Of a DNA stretch of 53,293 nt, positions 8,899 through 16,524 are shown one piece after another. The stretch lies in the NCBI GenBank assembly GCA_964457685.1, contig CAYWFS010000002.1, positions 2,519 to 55,811 of the forward strand. The letters run 5' to 3'. Under the pieces are notes generated by a model that was given only the letters and a program-made list of their open reading frames with translations, was not told the DNA's origin and searched no databases. Made by a program: the position numbers and the translations under genes. Within the stretch, counting starts at the first letter, position 1. Each line of letters opens with the position of its first letter. This DNA comes from an uncultured Ruminococcus sp. (lineage in GTDB: Bacteria; Bacillota; Clostridia; Oscillospirales; CAG-272).

Positions 8899-9816
8899 TT
8901 ATGCGTTTTCGAGAATGTATCTTGCAGCCTGCATACCGGATTCGCTACCGATCTTGCCGTCTTCCATACCTTCGAATTCAACGGAAACGTATCCATCGTA
9001 ACCGGATTCACGGATGAGCTTGAGAGTAGACCAAACATCGAGGTCGCCCTGTGCAAGGATGGAGCCGCGGAGCATATATTCACCGGAGTTGGAGGAGAAC
9101 CAGCAGCCGGAGTCGCAACGGAAGAGACCGCCGTTACCTGTGAGACGATCAGCCTTTCTGATGTAGAAGTCCTTGAGGTGAACCATCTTTGCAATGGAAG
9201 CACACTTCTTAACTGCAACAACAGTGTTTTCGTCAACGCAGATGAAGTTACCTGTATCGAGAAGGAGACCGAAGTTATCTCTGCCTACTTCCTCGATAAG
9301 TCTGATAACTCTGTCGGAGCCGTTTACGAAGAAGCCGTGGTTTTCAACGAGAGTTGTGATACCGTACTGAGAAGCGTAGTCTGCAAGCTCACGGCAGGTT
9401 TCAACAGCAATGGGGAATTCACGCTCGAAAGCGATAGGAGTGTTGGATTCGAGAGGACGGCGGAAAGAGGAGATGTCGTGACGCATAGTCTTGAGACCGA
9501 GTTTAGCGGCAACGTCGATGTGTCTCTTAAGTCTTTCTACCTCTGCACGGCGTTCGTCAAGGTCAAACTTGAGAAGGTCGCCGAGAACTGCGTAGTTGGA
9601 GAGGGGAAGGTCGATTTCCTTGGAGGTGTCAACGATAGCCTTGATGAGAGGTTCGTTGAATTCGCCTGTCTTATCGTTGTGGAGAGTGAATCCGAAAGGA
9701 ACGAGTTCGATGTGTTCCGCACCCTTTTCCTTAGCGAAACGCATAACCTCGGTAATGGACATGAGTCCTCCCTGGATATAGTTGTTCATACTGTAGCTGG
9801 TAAGTCCGATTTTCAT
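8899..9816 (-). CDS. Sugar phosphate isomerase/epimerase (xylose-isomerase-like TIM barrel)
   Basis: VENHG, LLDTGNF, VHLKDF, GYDGYVSVEFE metal-binding pattern. Confidence 0.85.
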   Translation of the reverse strand: MKIGLTSYSMNNYIQGGLMSITEVMRFAKEKGAEHIELVPFGFTLHNDKTGEFNEPLIKAIVDTSKEIDLPLSNYAVLGDLLKFDLDERRAEVERLKRHIDVAAKLGLKTMRHDISSFRRPLESNTPIAFEREFPIAVETCRELADYASQYGITTLVENHGFFVNGSDRVIRLIEEVGRDNFGLLLDTGNFICVDENTVVAVKKCASIAKMVHLKDFYIRKADRLTGNGGLFRCDSGCWFSSNSGEYMLRGSILAQGDLDVWSTLKLIRESGYDGYVSVEFEGMEDGKIGSESGMQAARYILENA

Positions 9817-9866
9817 TGTTTTAGCCTTTCCGCCGCATAAAGCAGCATTTGATTAGAATTTTATAT

Positions 9867-10745
9867 TTAAAGGTCGAGAACGAGCTTGTATATATCGTTT
9901 TTGTTCTCGCCCCGAGCCTTGGCAACAGTTTTTACCGCCTCCATTTTTGTCATGCCGCCGTCAATAAGAAACTTGACGTGTTCGATGGGGTCGGTGGGAT
10001 ATTCCTCTGTATTTGCTTTCTTTTCCGCACCGCCGACGATGAGAACGTATTCTCCTCTCGGTTCTTTTTCTTCATATATCTTTATCGCCTCGGAGATGGT
10101 CGTGCGGCAGACCTCCTCGTTCAGCTTTGTAATCTCACGGCACAGAGATATTTTTCTGTCTCCGAAATATTTATAGAGATCCGCAAGGGTTACTCTCAGC
10201 TTATGCGGAGCTTCGTAAAAAATCATAGTTCTCACTTCATTTTGAAGCTCTGTAAGTCTTTCGTTTCTTTCGCTTTTCGCAGTTGAGAGAAAGCCCTCAA
10301 ACGCAAATCTCGAGGTCGGAAGTCCCGAAAGGGTAAGTGCGGTTATTGCGGCACAGCAACCGGGGATACTGCTCACGGGAATACCTCTTTCGGCACAAAG
10401 TCTTACAATATCCTCTCCGGGGTCGCTTATGGCGGGAGTTCCTGCGTCTGTAACCAATGCACAGGATTCACCGTTTTCGAGTCTGTCCGCTATAATTTCG
10501 CCTCTTTCACGCTTGTTATGCTCAAAATAGCTTACCATAGGCTTTGAAATATCAAACCTTTGAAGCATGGAGCCTGTATTGCGTGTATCCTCTGCGGCTA
10601 TGAAGTCAACCTCGGAAAGCACCTTTAATGCCCTCTCCGATATATCCGAAAGATTTCCTATCGGGGTCGCAACGAGGTAAAGCACACCTCCGAGAACGGC
10701 ATTTTTATCCTCCGAGGATATATTTCTTTTCTTTCTACAGCTCAT
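9867..10745 (-). CDS. rsmI: 16S rRNA (cytidine1402-2'-O)-methyltransferase
   Basis: LYLVATPIGNL, AEDTR, DAGTPAISDPG, FYEAPH, REITK, RGE; start set at ATG 10745 after GGAGG. Confidence 0.95.
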   Translation of the reverse strand: MSCRKKRNISSEDKNAVLGGVLYLVATPIGNLSDISERALKVLSEVDFIAAEDTRNTGSMLQRFDISKPMVSYFEHNKRERGEIIADRLENGESCALVTDAGTPAISDPGEDIVRLCAERGIPVSSIPGCCAAITALTLSGLPTSRFAFEGFLSTAKSERNERLTELQNEVRTMIFYEAPHKLRVTLADLYKYFGDRKISLCREITKLNEEVCRTTISEAIKIYEEKEPRGEYVLIVGGAEKKANTEEYPTDPIEHVKFLIDGGMTKMEAVKTVAKARGENKNDIYKLVLDL

Positions 10746-10758
10746 TAAGTCCTCCGTA

Positions 10759-11523
10759 TCAAAACATATGCTCAAGCGAGAAATTATCGTAAACAGCCTG
10801 CATATCGTCCGTATATTCCCTGTCGTTTTTGTATATTATAAGCGGACGTGAAAATACTATCCCCTCCGACGCTCCCTTTTTACCCTCTACCAGTATAAGA
10901 CACGGCTTTGAGTTAACGGTCGGATAGAGTATTACGGCACGCTTAGGCTCTATCCCGCAGGCTTTCATTGAATAAAACAGCTCGGCGGCACGGTCAGGTC
11001 TGTACACAACGGTAAAATAACCACCATGTCTGAGAAGTCTTTTCGCACATGAACAGAACTCATATATTCCGCCGTTTTCTTCACGTCTTGCCGTGTTCAT
11101 CTCGGGTGAATCGTTTTGTTTTCCCGAGAGCTGCTTCATATACGGCGGATTTGAGATTACGCTGTCGCATTCTCCGCCAACATCCGCTACGGTAAGCTCA
11201 CGAACATCACGACAAATCGGTATCACCGAGTCGCATAGATCGTTAAGCACGGCATTTCTTTTTATGAGAGAAGCGAAATATTCCTGTATCTCAACGGAAT
11301 ATACGGTTTTGAATTTATTTCTTGCGGCGGCAAGCAGTGAAACCACTCCCGTTCCTCCGCCAAGCTCAACGCAGACTCCGCTCGGTTTTGCGTGTGAAAA
11401 TGCCGCAAGAAAATAGCTGTCCGTTCCGAAGGTGAGTCCTTTTTTCAGCTGTATAAGAGAAAGACGCTCATTTATTTTATCGAGTCGTTCTGTCTCGCTG
11501 TCGTATATATTGTTTTCCGTCAT
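10759..11523 (-). CDS. tRNA1(Val) (adenine37-N6)-methyltransferase-like (YabB family)
   Basis: FGTDS, ELGGGTG SAM motif, NPPY; syntenic with rsmI; start at ATG 11523 after GAAAGGA. Confidence 0.85.
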   Translation of the reverse strand: MTENNIYDSETERLDKINERLSLIQLKKGLTFGTDSYFLAAFSHAKPSGVCVELGGGTGVVSLLAAARNKFKTVYSVEIQEYFASLIKRNAVLNDLCDSVIPICRDVRELTVADVGGECDSVISNPPYMKQLSGKQNDSPEMNTARREENGGIYEFCSCAKRLLRHGGYFTVVYRPDRAAELFYSMKACGIEPKRAVILYPTVNSKPCLILVEGKKGASEGIVFSRPLIIYKNDREYTDDMQAVYDNFSLEHMF

Positions 11524-11577
11524 GCGTTCAGTCCTTTCCGAGTTTGTCTCCGACACTGCACGGAGTATGTAACACTG

Positions 11578-11616
11578 AAAATGGGAGACAAACGAAATTA
11601 CGCCGTCTCCCATTTT
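11578..11616 (-). terminator. Intrinsic terminator after ferredoxin
   Basis: AAAATGGGAGAC/GTCTCCCATTTT perfect 12-bp inverted repeat. Confidence 0.75.
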
Positions 11617-11684
11617 AGGGTTATGTTGTACTTTACCGGCGACATTTCTCAGCCGCTTACCGGGATAACCTTAACGCTAAGGGA

Positions 11685-11858
11685 TTATTCCTCGGGCTTC
11701 GGAGCGTCAACGGGACATACGCCCGCACATGCACCGCATTCGAGACATTCGTCAGAGTTGATAACGTACTTGCCGTCCTTTTCGGAGATAGCCTCTACAG
11801 GACATTCGGAAGCGCATGTACCGCAACCGATGCAATCATCAGTAATCTTGTATGCCAT
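11685..11858 (-). CDS. fdx: 2[4Fe-4S] clostridial-type ferredoxin, 57 aa (absent from ORF track)
   Basis: Hand translation MAYKITDDCIGCGTCASECPVEAISEKDGKYVINSDECLECGACAGVCPVDAPKPEE*; two CxxCxxCxxxCP motifs; GGAGG RBS. Confidence 0.95.
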   Translation of the reverse strand: MAYKITDDCIGCGTCASECPVEAISEKDGKYVINSDECLECGACAGVCPVDAPKPEE

Positions 11859-11999
11859 AATAAACCTCCATGTTTGAGATGTACTTATTCTAACACATAT
11901 TTGTGATAAATTAAATAGCTTTTTACAAATTTTTTTGAAATTTTTTTGTTTTTAAAGCAAAGTTATCGCCGAATTGGCATAAAATGTCAAAAATCGAGC

Positions 12000-12881
12000 T
12001 TAATTCGCCGCTTCCGCACCCTCATCCTTTGAGACAGCCTTAACTCTTATAACGTCTTTGCGATTGTACTGCTTTATGTTTCCGTCGGGGAGCTTTACCT
12101 TTATCGTACCCTGAAGCGGAGCGATTTCAGTAACCACGCCAACTCCGTCGGAGGTTTTTACAGTAGAGTCAACAGGCGGAGTTTTTGCGATTTCCGCTTC
12201 ATATGTGTCATGTTCATAGCGGAGACAGCACATGAGACGACCGCAGGCACCCGATATTTTCGAGGAATTGAGAGAGAGATTCTGCTCCTTTGCCATTTTT
12301 ATCGACACCTGAACGAAGTCGGACAAGAAGCGCGAGCAACAGAGAGGCTGACCGCACACACCGAGACCGCCGAGCATTTTCGCTTCATCACGGATACCGA
12401 TTTGTCTAAGCTCTATTCTCGTGCGGAAAACGGAGGCGAGATCCTTTACAAGCTCACGGAAATCGACTCTTATTTCTGCCGAGTAGTAGAAAAGAAGCTT
12501 GCTGTTATCGAGAGTGTATTCCGCATTGATGAGCTTCATTCCGAGGTTATGCTCAGATATTTTCTGCTTGCAGATAACAAACGCTTCCGCTTCAAGCTTT
12601 TTGTTTTCTTCGTATTTTGCCGTGTCCTCGTCTGTCGCTTTTCTGAGAGCGGAACGAAGCGGCGGAACTATCTTTGATACATCTGTAAAGCTGTTTCCCT
12701 CTGCAACGTAGCCGTATTCTATTCCACGTGCAGTCTCGACAACGGCAAAATCTCCCGGAACAAACGAAATTCCGTCAGGTGAAAAATAGTAAATCTTTCC
12801 TGCGTCACGGAATTTTACTCCGATTATTTCGATGTCACCGCTTTCCGGCAGTACCACCGAAGATAAGTTTTCTTTATCCAT
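12000..12881 (-). CDS. ricT: PSP1-domain protein RicT/YaaT
   Basis: GKIYYF, RVDFRELVKDLA, RIELRQIGIRDEAK, GxCGQPLCC, CGRLMCCLRYE. Confidence 0.92.
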   Translation of the reverse strand: MDKENLSSVVLPESGDIEIIGVKFRDAGKIYYFSPDGISFVPGDFAVVETARGIEYGYVAEGNSFTDVSKIVPPLRSALRKATDEDTAKYEENKKLEAEAFVICKQKISEHNLGMKLINAEYTLDNSKLLFYYSAEIRVDFRELVKDLASVFRTRIELRQIGIRDEAKMLGGLGVCGQPLCCSRFLSDFVQVSIKMAKEQNLSLNSSKISGACGRLMCCLRYEHDTYEAEIAKTPPVDSTVKTSDGVGVVTEIAPLQGTIKVKLPDGNIKQYNRKDVIRVKAVSKDEGAEAAN

Positions 12882-12902
12882 TTATTATAAACTCCTGAAT
12901 TA

Positions 12903-13889
12903 TTAAGCTCCGATAAGTGATGTCAGTACCGTATTAACGGAGCAATTTGCGTTTAAGTCATCCTCAGCCGAGGTGAATGCCGAATAAAGCTCGACAGCAC
13001 GCTTGACCGAGATTTTTTTTGCGAATTTCGGAACGTCGGTGTAAAAAACAAGCTCACCGTCCTTTTTATCGGCAATCATATCTCTTACAGCAAGCTTCAT
13101 AAGATTGAGAACCTCACATATTTCGGCACGTTCCTTTGGCATATTTTTCCTTATATATATCATTATATCGCTCGGAGATGAGGTCAGCAAAGCCTCGGTA
13201 AGCTCTTCCGCTGTTTTGTAAAGCACCGCTTCACTTTCTCCGTTTTCGTAAAGCTCCGTTGCACGCCCTATTGCACCTGCCGAAAGGTGTGAAGCATAGC
13301 CGATTCTGTCACGGTCACACTTGCCGTACTTTTCCGAAAGATACCGTTCGATAAATCCGGAGGAAAACTTTTCCATTCTGAGTGTGGGGGCCCTGCTTCG
13401 TACAGTTTCGAGAAGAGAGGCTGAGTTTTCGCACAAAAGGAAGAACATAACATATTTCGGCGGTTCCTCGATAGGCAGAAGAAGTGCGTTTTGTGCGGCG
13501 GGAGTCAAAGAATCGGCATCCTTTATGATATAAAACTTCATTTCTCCGTCATTCGGTGCTATATAAAGTGTGTCCTTTATCGGTCGAACCTCATCAACTC
13601 CGATTGACAGCTTATCTTCCGCTTTTTTTATGGTAAGAACATCTGCGGAAACTCCCGAAAGTATTCTCTTGCACGAATCGCATTTTCCGCACGGCAGAGG
13701 AAGTGACGAATCGTGTTTGTTTTCGCATACCTCGGCGGCGGCAATTGCAAGGGAGGTCGAATATTTTCCCGAGCCTTTTGCACCCTCGATTATATAAGCG
13801 TGAGCTGTTTTTCCAAGCTCGGAATCATGTGCAAGAACGGCTTTCAGCTTTTCGTTTCCGATGATATTCGGCAAATATTTTCTCTCCAT
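12903..13889 (-). CDS. holB: DNA polymerase III delta' subunit
   Basis: HAYIIEGAKGSGK, CGKCDSC zinc motif, AQNALL..IEEPP, TVRSR; upstream of ricT; start at ATG 13889 after GGAGGT. Confidence 0.85.
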   Translation of the reverse strand: MERKYLPNIIGNEKLKAVLAHDSELGKTAHAYIIEGAKGSGKYSTSLAIAAAEVCENKHDSSLPLPCGKCDSCKRILSGVSADVLTIKKAEDKLSIGVDEVRPIKDTLYIAPNDGEMKFYIIKDADSLTPAAQNALLLPIEEPPKYVMFFLLCENSASLLETVRSRAPTLRMEKFSSGFIERYLSEKYGKCDRDRIGYASHLSAGAIGRATELYENGESEAVLYKTAEELTEALLTSSPSDIMIYIRKNMPKERAEICEVLNLMKLAVRDMIADKKDGELVFYTDVPKFAKKISVKRAVELYSAFTSAEDDLNANCSVNTVLTSLIGA

Positions 13890-13946
13890 CCGCACACCTC
13901 CGAATTTTATGTTTAAAGGTATAATTATCTTTTATCGCCGAAATTT

Positions 13947-13976
13947 ATTATAACATAAACGGATACATTTTGTCAA
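13947..13976 (-). promoter_or_regulatory. sigma-A promoter of holB-ricT
   Basis: TTGACA-18 nt-TATAAT with TG extension. Confidence 0.65.
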
Positions 13977-14015
13977 ACCTATTATTAAGTTAAGATATAA
14001 ATGAGGAGAAGAAAA

Positions 14016-14813
14016 ATGAGTTTTATAAAAAATCATGCGAAAGCGTTTCTTGTGTCGTATTTGCTTATGATAGCAGTGACTGTCTCTCTTTGCGTTTATG
14101 TGACAGCAGACCTCGAATACGAAAAGGAAAGACTGAAATATCCGTCCATGAGATACGAAGCCGAGATGAAAAATTCTGCTGATGAGCTTTCGGAGGCTCT
14201 GAAGAAAAGCGATAATATGACAGCGTATCACTATGCCTTAAACGCACTGGAATACGCAAAAAGACTCGGTAACACTTCTGCCGCAGAGCTGTTTTCCGGG
14301 ATAGCAGAGGAAATTCGTGTCGGAAACGGAAATGACTACTCCTCACGAATTGACGCAGAGATAAAAAACGGCTTTAAAGATGAAAAAAAGGTCGAAAAAA
14401 CAATTTCAACTCACGAAAAAGTCGGCACAAACGAGAAAAAAAGGAACATTCTTCGAGCTGAAAAGGCGGCAAACGAGCTGTTGGGACTGAAAAACACGCT
14501 TCACTACATCGGAGGAACGGACAGACCGGTGTTCGCCTGCGAAAATGCATATGCGGTGATGGACGGTGAAAAATGCATTCCTTTGGAGGGCGGTATTTCA
14601 CTTGGTAAAAACGAAATAAGTCGTATATCAGATGATGAAAGGCTGTATGCCTGTCGAGTCTGTCTTGCAAAGCTGCTTACACCTGACGAGCTTGAAAATG
14701 CCTGTATCGTAAACGACAGCGGAGGAAAAACCGTATTTCAAATCGGCGAAAGACGTGTATCGGTGACTCTTAATACGCAAAGCGGACGTGTTGTTTCGTT
14801 TGTCGTGCGGTAG
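14016..14813 (+). CDS. Membrane-anchored hypothetical protein, weakly YpeB/PepSY-like
   Basis: GAGGAG RBS; N-terminal TM helix; helical region; C-terminal VSVTLNTQSGRVVSF PepSY-like strand motif. Confidence 0.6.
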   Translation: MSFIKNHAKAFLVSYLLMIAVTVSLCVYVTADLEYEKERLKYPSMRYEAEMKNSADELSEALKKSDNMTAYHYALNALEYAKRLGNTSAAELFSGIAEEIRVGNGNDYSSRIDAEIKNGFKDEKKVEKTISTHEKVGTNEKKRNILRAEKAANELLGLKNTLHYIGGTDRPVFACENAYAVMDGEKCIPLEGGISLGKNEISRISDDERLYACRVCLAKLLTPDELENACIVNDSGGKTVFQIGERRVSVTLNTQSGRVVSFVVR

Positions 14814-14824
14814 TCTTCACACGC

Positions 14825-15598
14825 TCAACCAAAGGCTTCAAATGCGGCAACCGTTTTCATCACTTCTTCATCAAAGTTTTCACGACCGTATAAATCCAGA
14901 AACAGCTCCGTATATTTGTCGGTTTTCAGATTATATCTAAGCGACCATATCGCTAAGTAAAGGTCAATGTGCTTATCCCCTATCCCTGCTGTATTTAAAT
15001 CTATAAACGAGCTGAATTCACCGTTATTTTGGATAATATTCGGCAAGCAAGCGTCACCGTGGATGAGTGTATCCGCCTTCAGCAAATGCTTGCCCTTTTG
15101 CATTATCTCCCATGCTTCTTTCTTAGAGCCTATCGCATACTTTGGAAGCAGTACGGATTCATCATAGCACCCTCCGTCAAAATCCCCGTTTGCGGACTCC
15201 GTATATCTCTTATAGCTTGCCGAAATCGGTACGTTTTCTATGCTTTGTGCGTGAAGTTTATGCAGCGAAAACGCAAGAAGCTCACACAGCTTTTCAGGCT
15301 CATCGAGATAATGCGTAAGGTCGTCTCCTTTTGCACTTCTTGTAACAAGCCAATCCCTCTCCTCGGAAACGTATGCCGTCACCTCAACTCCGATTCCCTT
15401 TTCGTAAAACAACCTATTCAATTCCGCTTCTCTTGCAAGACTGCCGGACTCGTCTGTTTTAACGTAGTATCCGCTGTCAAGGTAATAAACCGTAGCGTGT
15501 GTACTGCAACTGCTGTCATATGCCGTCACGTTCTCGAACAAATATCGAAGCTCCTCGGGAATACCGCTTATATTCACATTTACCTTTGTTTTTTTCAT
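14825..15598 (-). CDS. Aminoglycoside 3'-phosphotransferase-like kinase (APH family)
   Basis: YYVK, LAREAE, WLVT, LHKLH, HGDACLPNII, FIDL, DKHIDL motifs; AGGTGA RBS. Confidence 0.85.
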   Translation of the reverse strand: MKKTKVNVNISGIPEELRYLFENVTAYDSSCSTHATVYYLDSGYYVKTDESGSLAREAELNRLFYEKGIGVEVTAYVSEERDWLVTRSAKGDDLTHYLDEPEKLCELLAFSLHKLHAQSIENVPISASYKRYTESANGDFDGGCYDESVLLPKYAIGSKKEAWEIMQKGKHLLKADTLIHGDACLPNIIQNNGEFSSFIDLNTAGIGDKHIDLYLAIWSLRYNLKTDKYTELFLDLYGRENFDEEVMKTVAAFEAFG

Positions 15599-15614
15599 GT
15601 CAGTCACCTATACA

Positions 15615-15648
15615 GAAAAAGGAAGACTTCACATCGGTCTTCCCTTTC
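15615..15648 (-). terminator. Intrinsic terminator between the HAD gene and the APH-like gene
   Basis: GGAAGAC/GTCTTCC stem followed by a T-tract on the minus strand. Confidence 0.6.
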
Positions 15649-15653
15649 GATTA

Positions 15654-16379
15654 TTAAAGAGTTTTAAGGTATTCGTGTACAACCTCACCGAGCTTCACGG
15701 GCTTATCAACCTTTACGAAGTCTATATCGGAGGTGTAAACAGGCTCATCGTTTCCGCCCTTGCCGTAATCATCTCCGAAATATGTAAGCTCACCGATTTC
15801 AAGTCCGTTCTCTCTGCAATATTCTTCGAGAGCGTATCTCTTATTATACGGCTGAGGTACCATATCGAATGAGCTTGAACCGCCTACAAATACGCTGTAT
15901 TCGGTGAAGCTTTCGGCAACATCGGAATATATCTGTCTTCTTTTTGCTCTGTCGGGGTCAAATGTAAGCTTGTCCTGAATAAGAGCCTTTGTTCCGAGCA
16001 GGGGGAATGTAACGCATCCCGACGGGTGGAATTCTACGGTTTCTCCGTCGTATTCGTCATATCCGAGTTTCTTTCTGAGTGCGTTAATCTTGTTTTCAAC
16101 GCTTTCCTTATCGCAAGGAAGTGTAGCGTCTCTGAGAAATTCGAGGTCTCCAAGCTCTTCACGGTAAACAGCATGCTGCAAACCATAATTGCCGATGATC
16201 TCAATCGGGTACTTTCTGAGCTGAGCGAATATTCTTCTCGCCTGACCTGCACCTACTACTACAAGTCTGTATCCTGCATCTTTGAGTTCGTTTAGAACCG
16301 CGAGATTTTCATCCGTTATCCATGTTCTGTGTTCGGTCAATGTTCCGTCAAGATCGAAAGCAAATACTTTTTTCTGCAT
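15654..16379 (-). CDS. HAD-IIB hydrolase, eukaryotic phosphomannomutase-like
   Basis: FDLDGTLT, GGSSSFD...NKRYAL, FGDDYGKGGND. Confidence 0.8.
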   Translation of the reverse strand: MQKKVFAFDLDGTLTEHRTWITDENLAVLNELKDAGYRLVVVGAGQARRIFAQLRKYPIEIIGNYGLQHAVYREELGDLEFLRDATLPCDKESVENKINALRKKLGYDEYDGETVEFHPSGCVTFPLLGTKALIQDKLTFDPDRAKRRQIYSDVAESFTEYSVFVGGSSSFDMVPQPYNKRYALEEYCRENGLEIGELTYFGDDYGKGGNDEPVYTSDIDFVKVDKPVKLGEVVHEYLKTL

Positions 16380-16524
16380 AATTCAAGCCATTTACCGCAT
16401 AAAGCTTTTTCATGATATTCCCACTCTATGCGATATTCCCTTTCCGGTTATCTTTGGTGTTTTTATGTCTCGGCAGCGGGTAAATCAAACCATACCAATA
16501 TATCATTGTATCAGTTTATTCTCG

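Noticed and set aside
11581-11877. 98-aa plus-strand ORF
   Set aside because: Antisense shadow of the real ferredoxin and its terminator
11901-11918. Possible Rex operator upstream of ferredoxin (TTGTGATAAATTAAATAG)
   Set aside because: Only the left half-site matches; the right half matches 3 of 7
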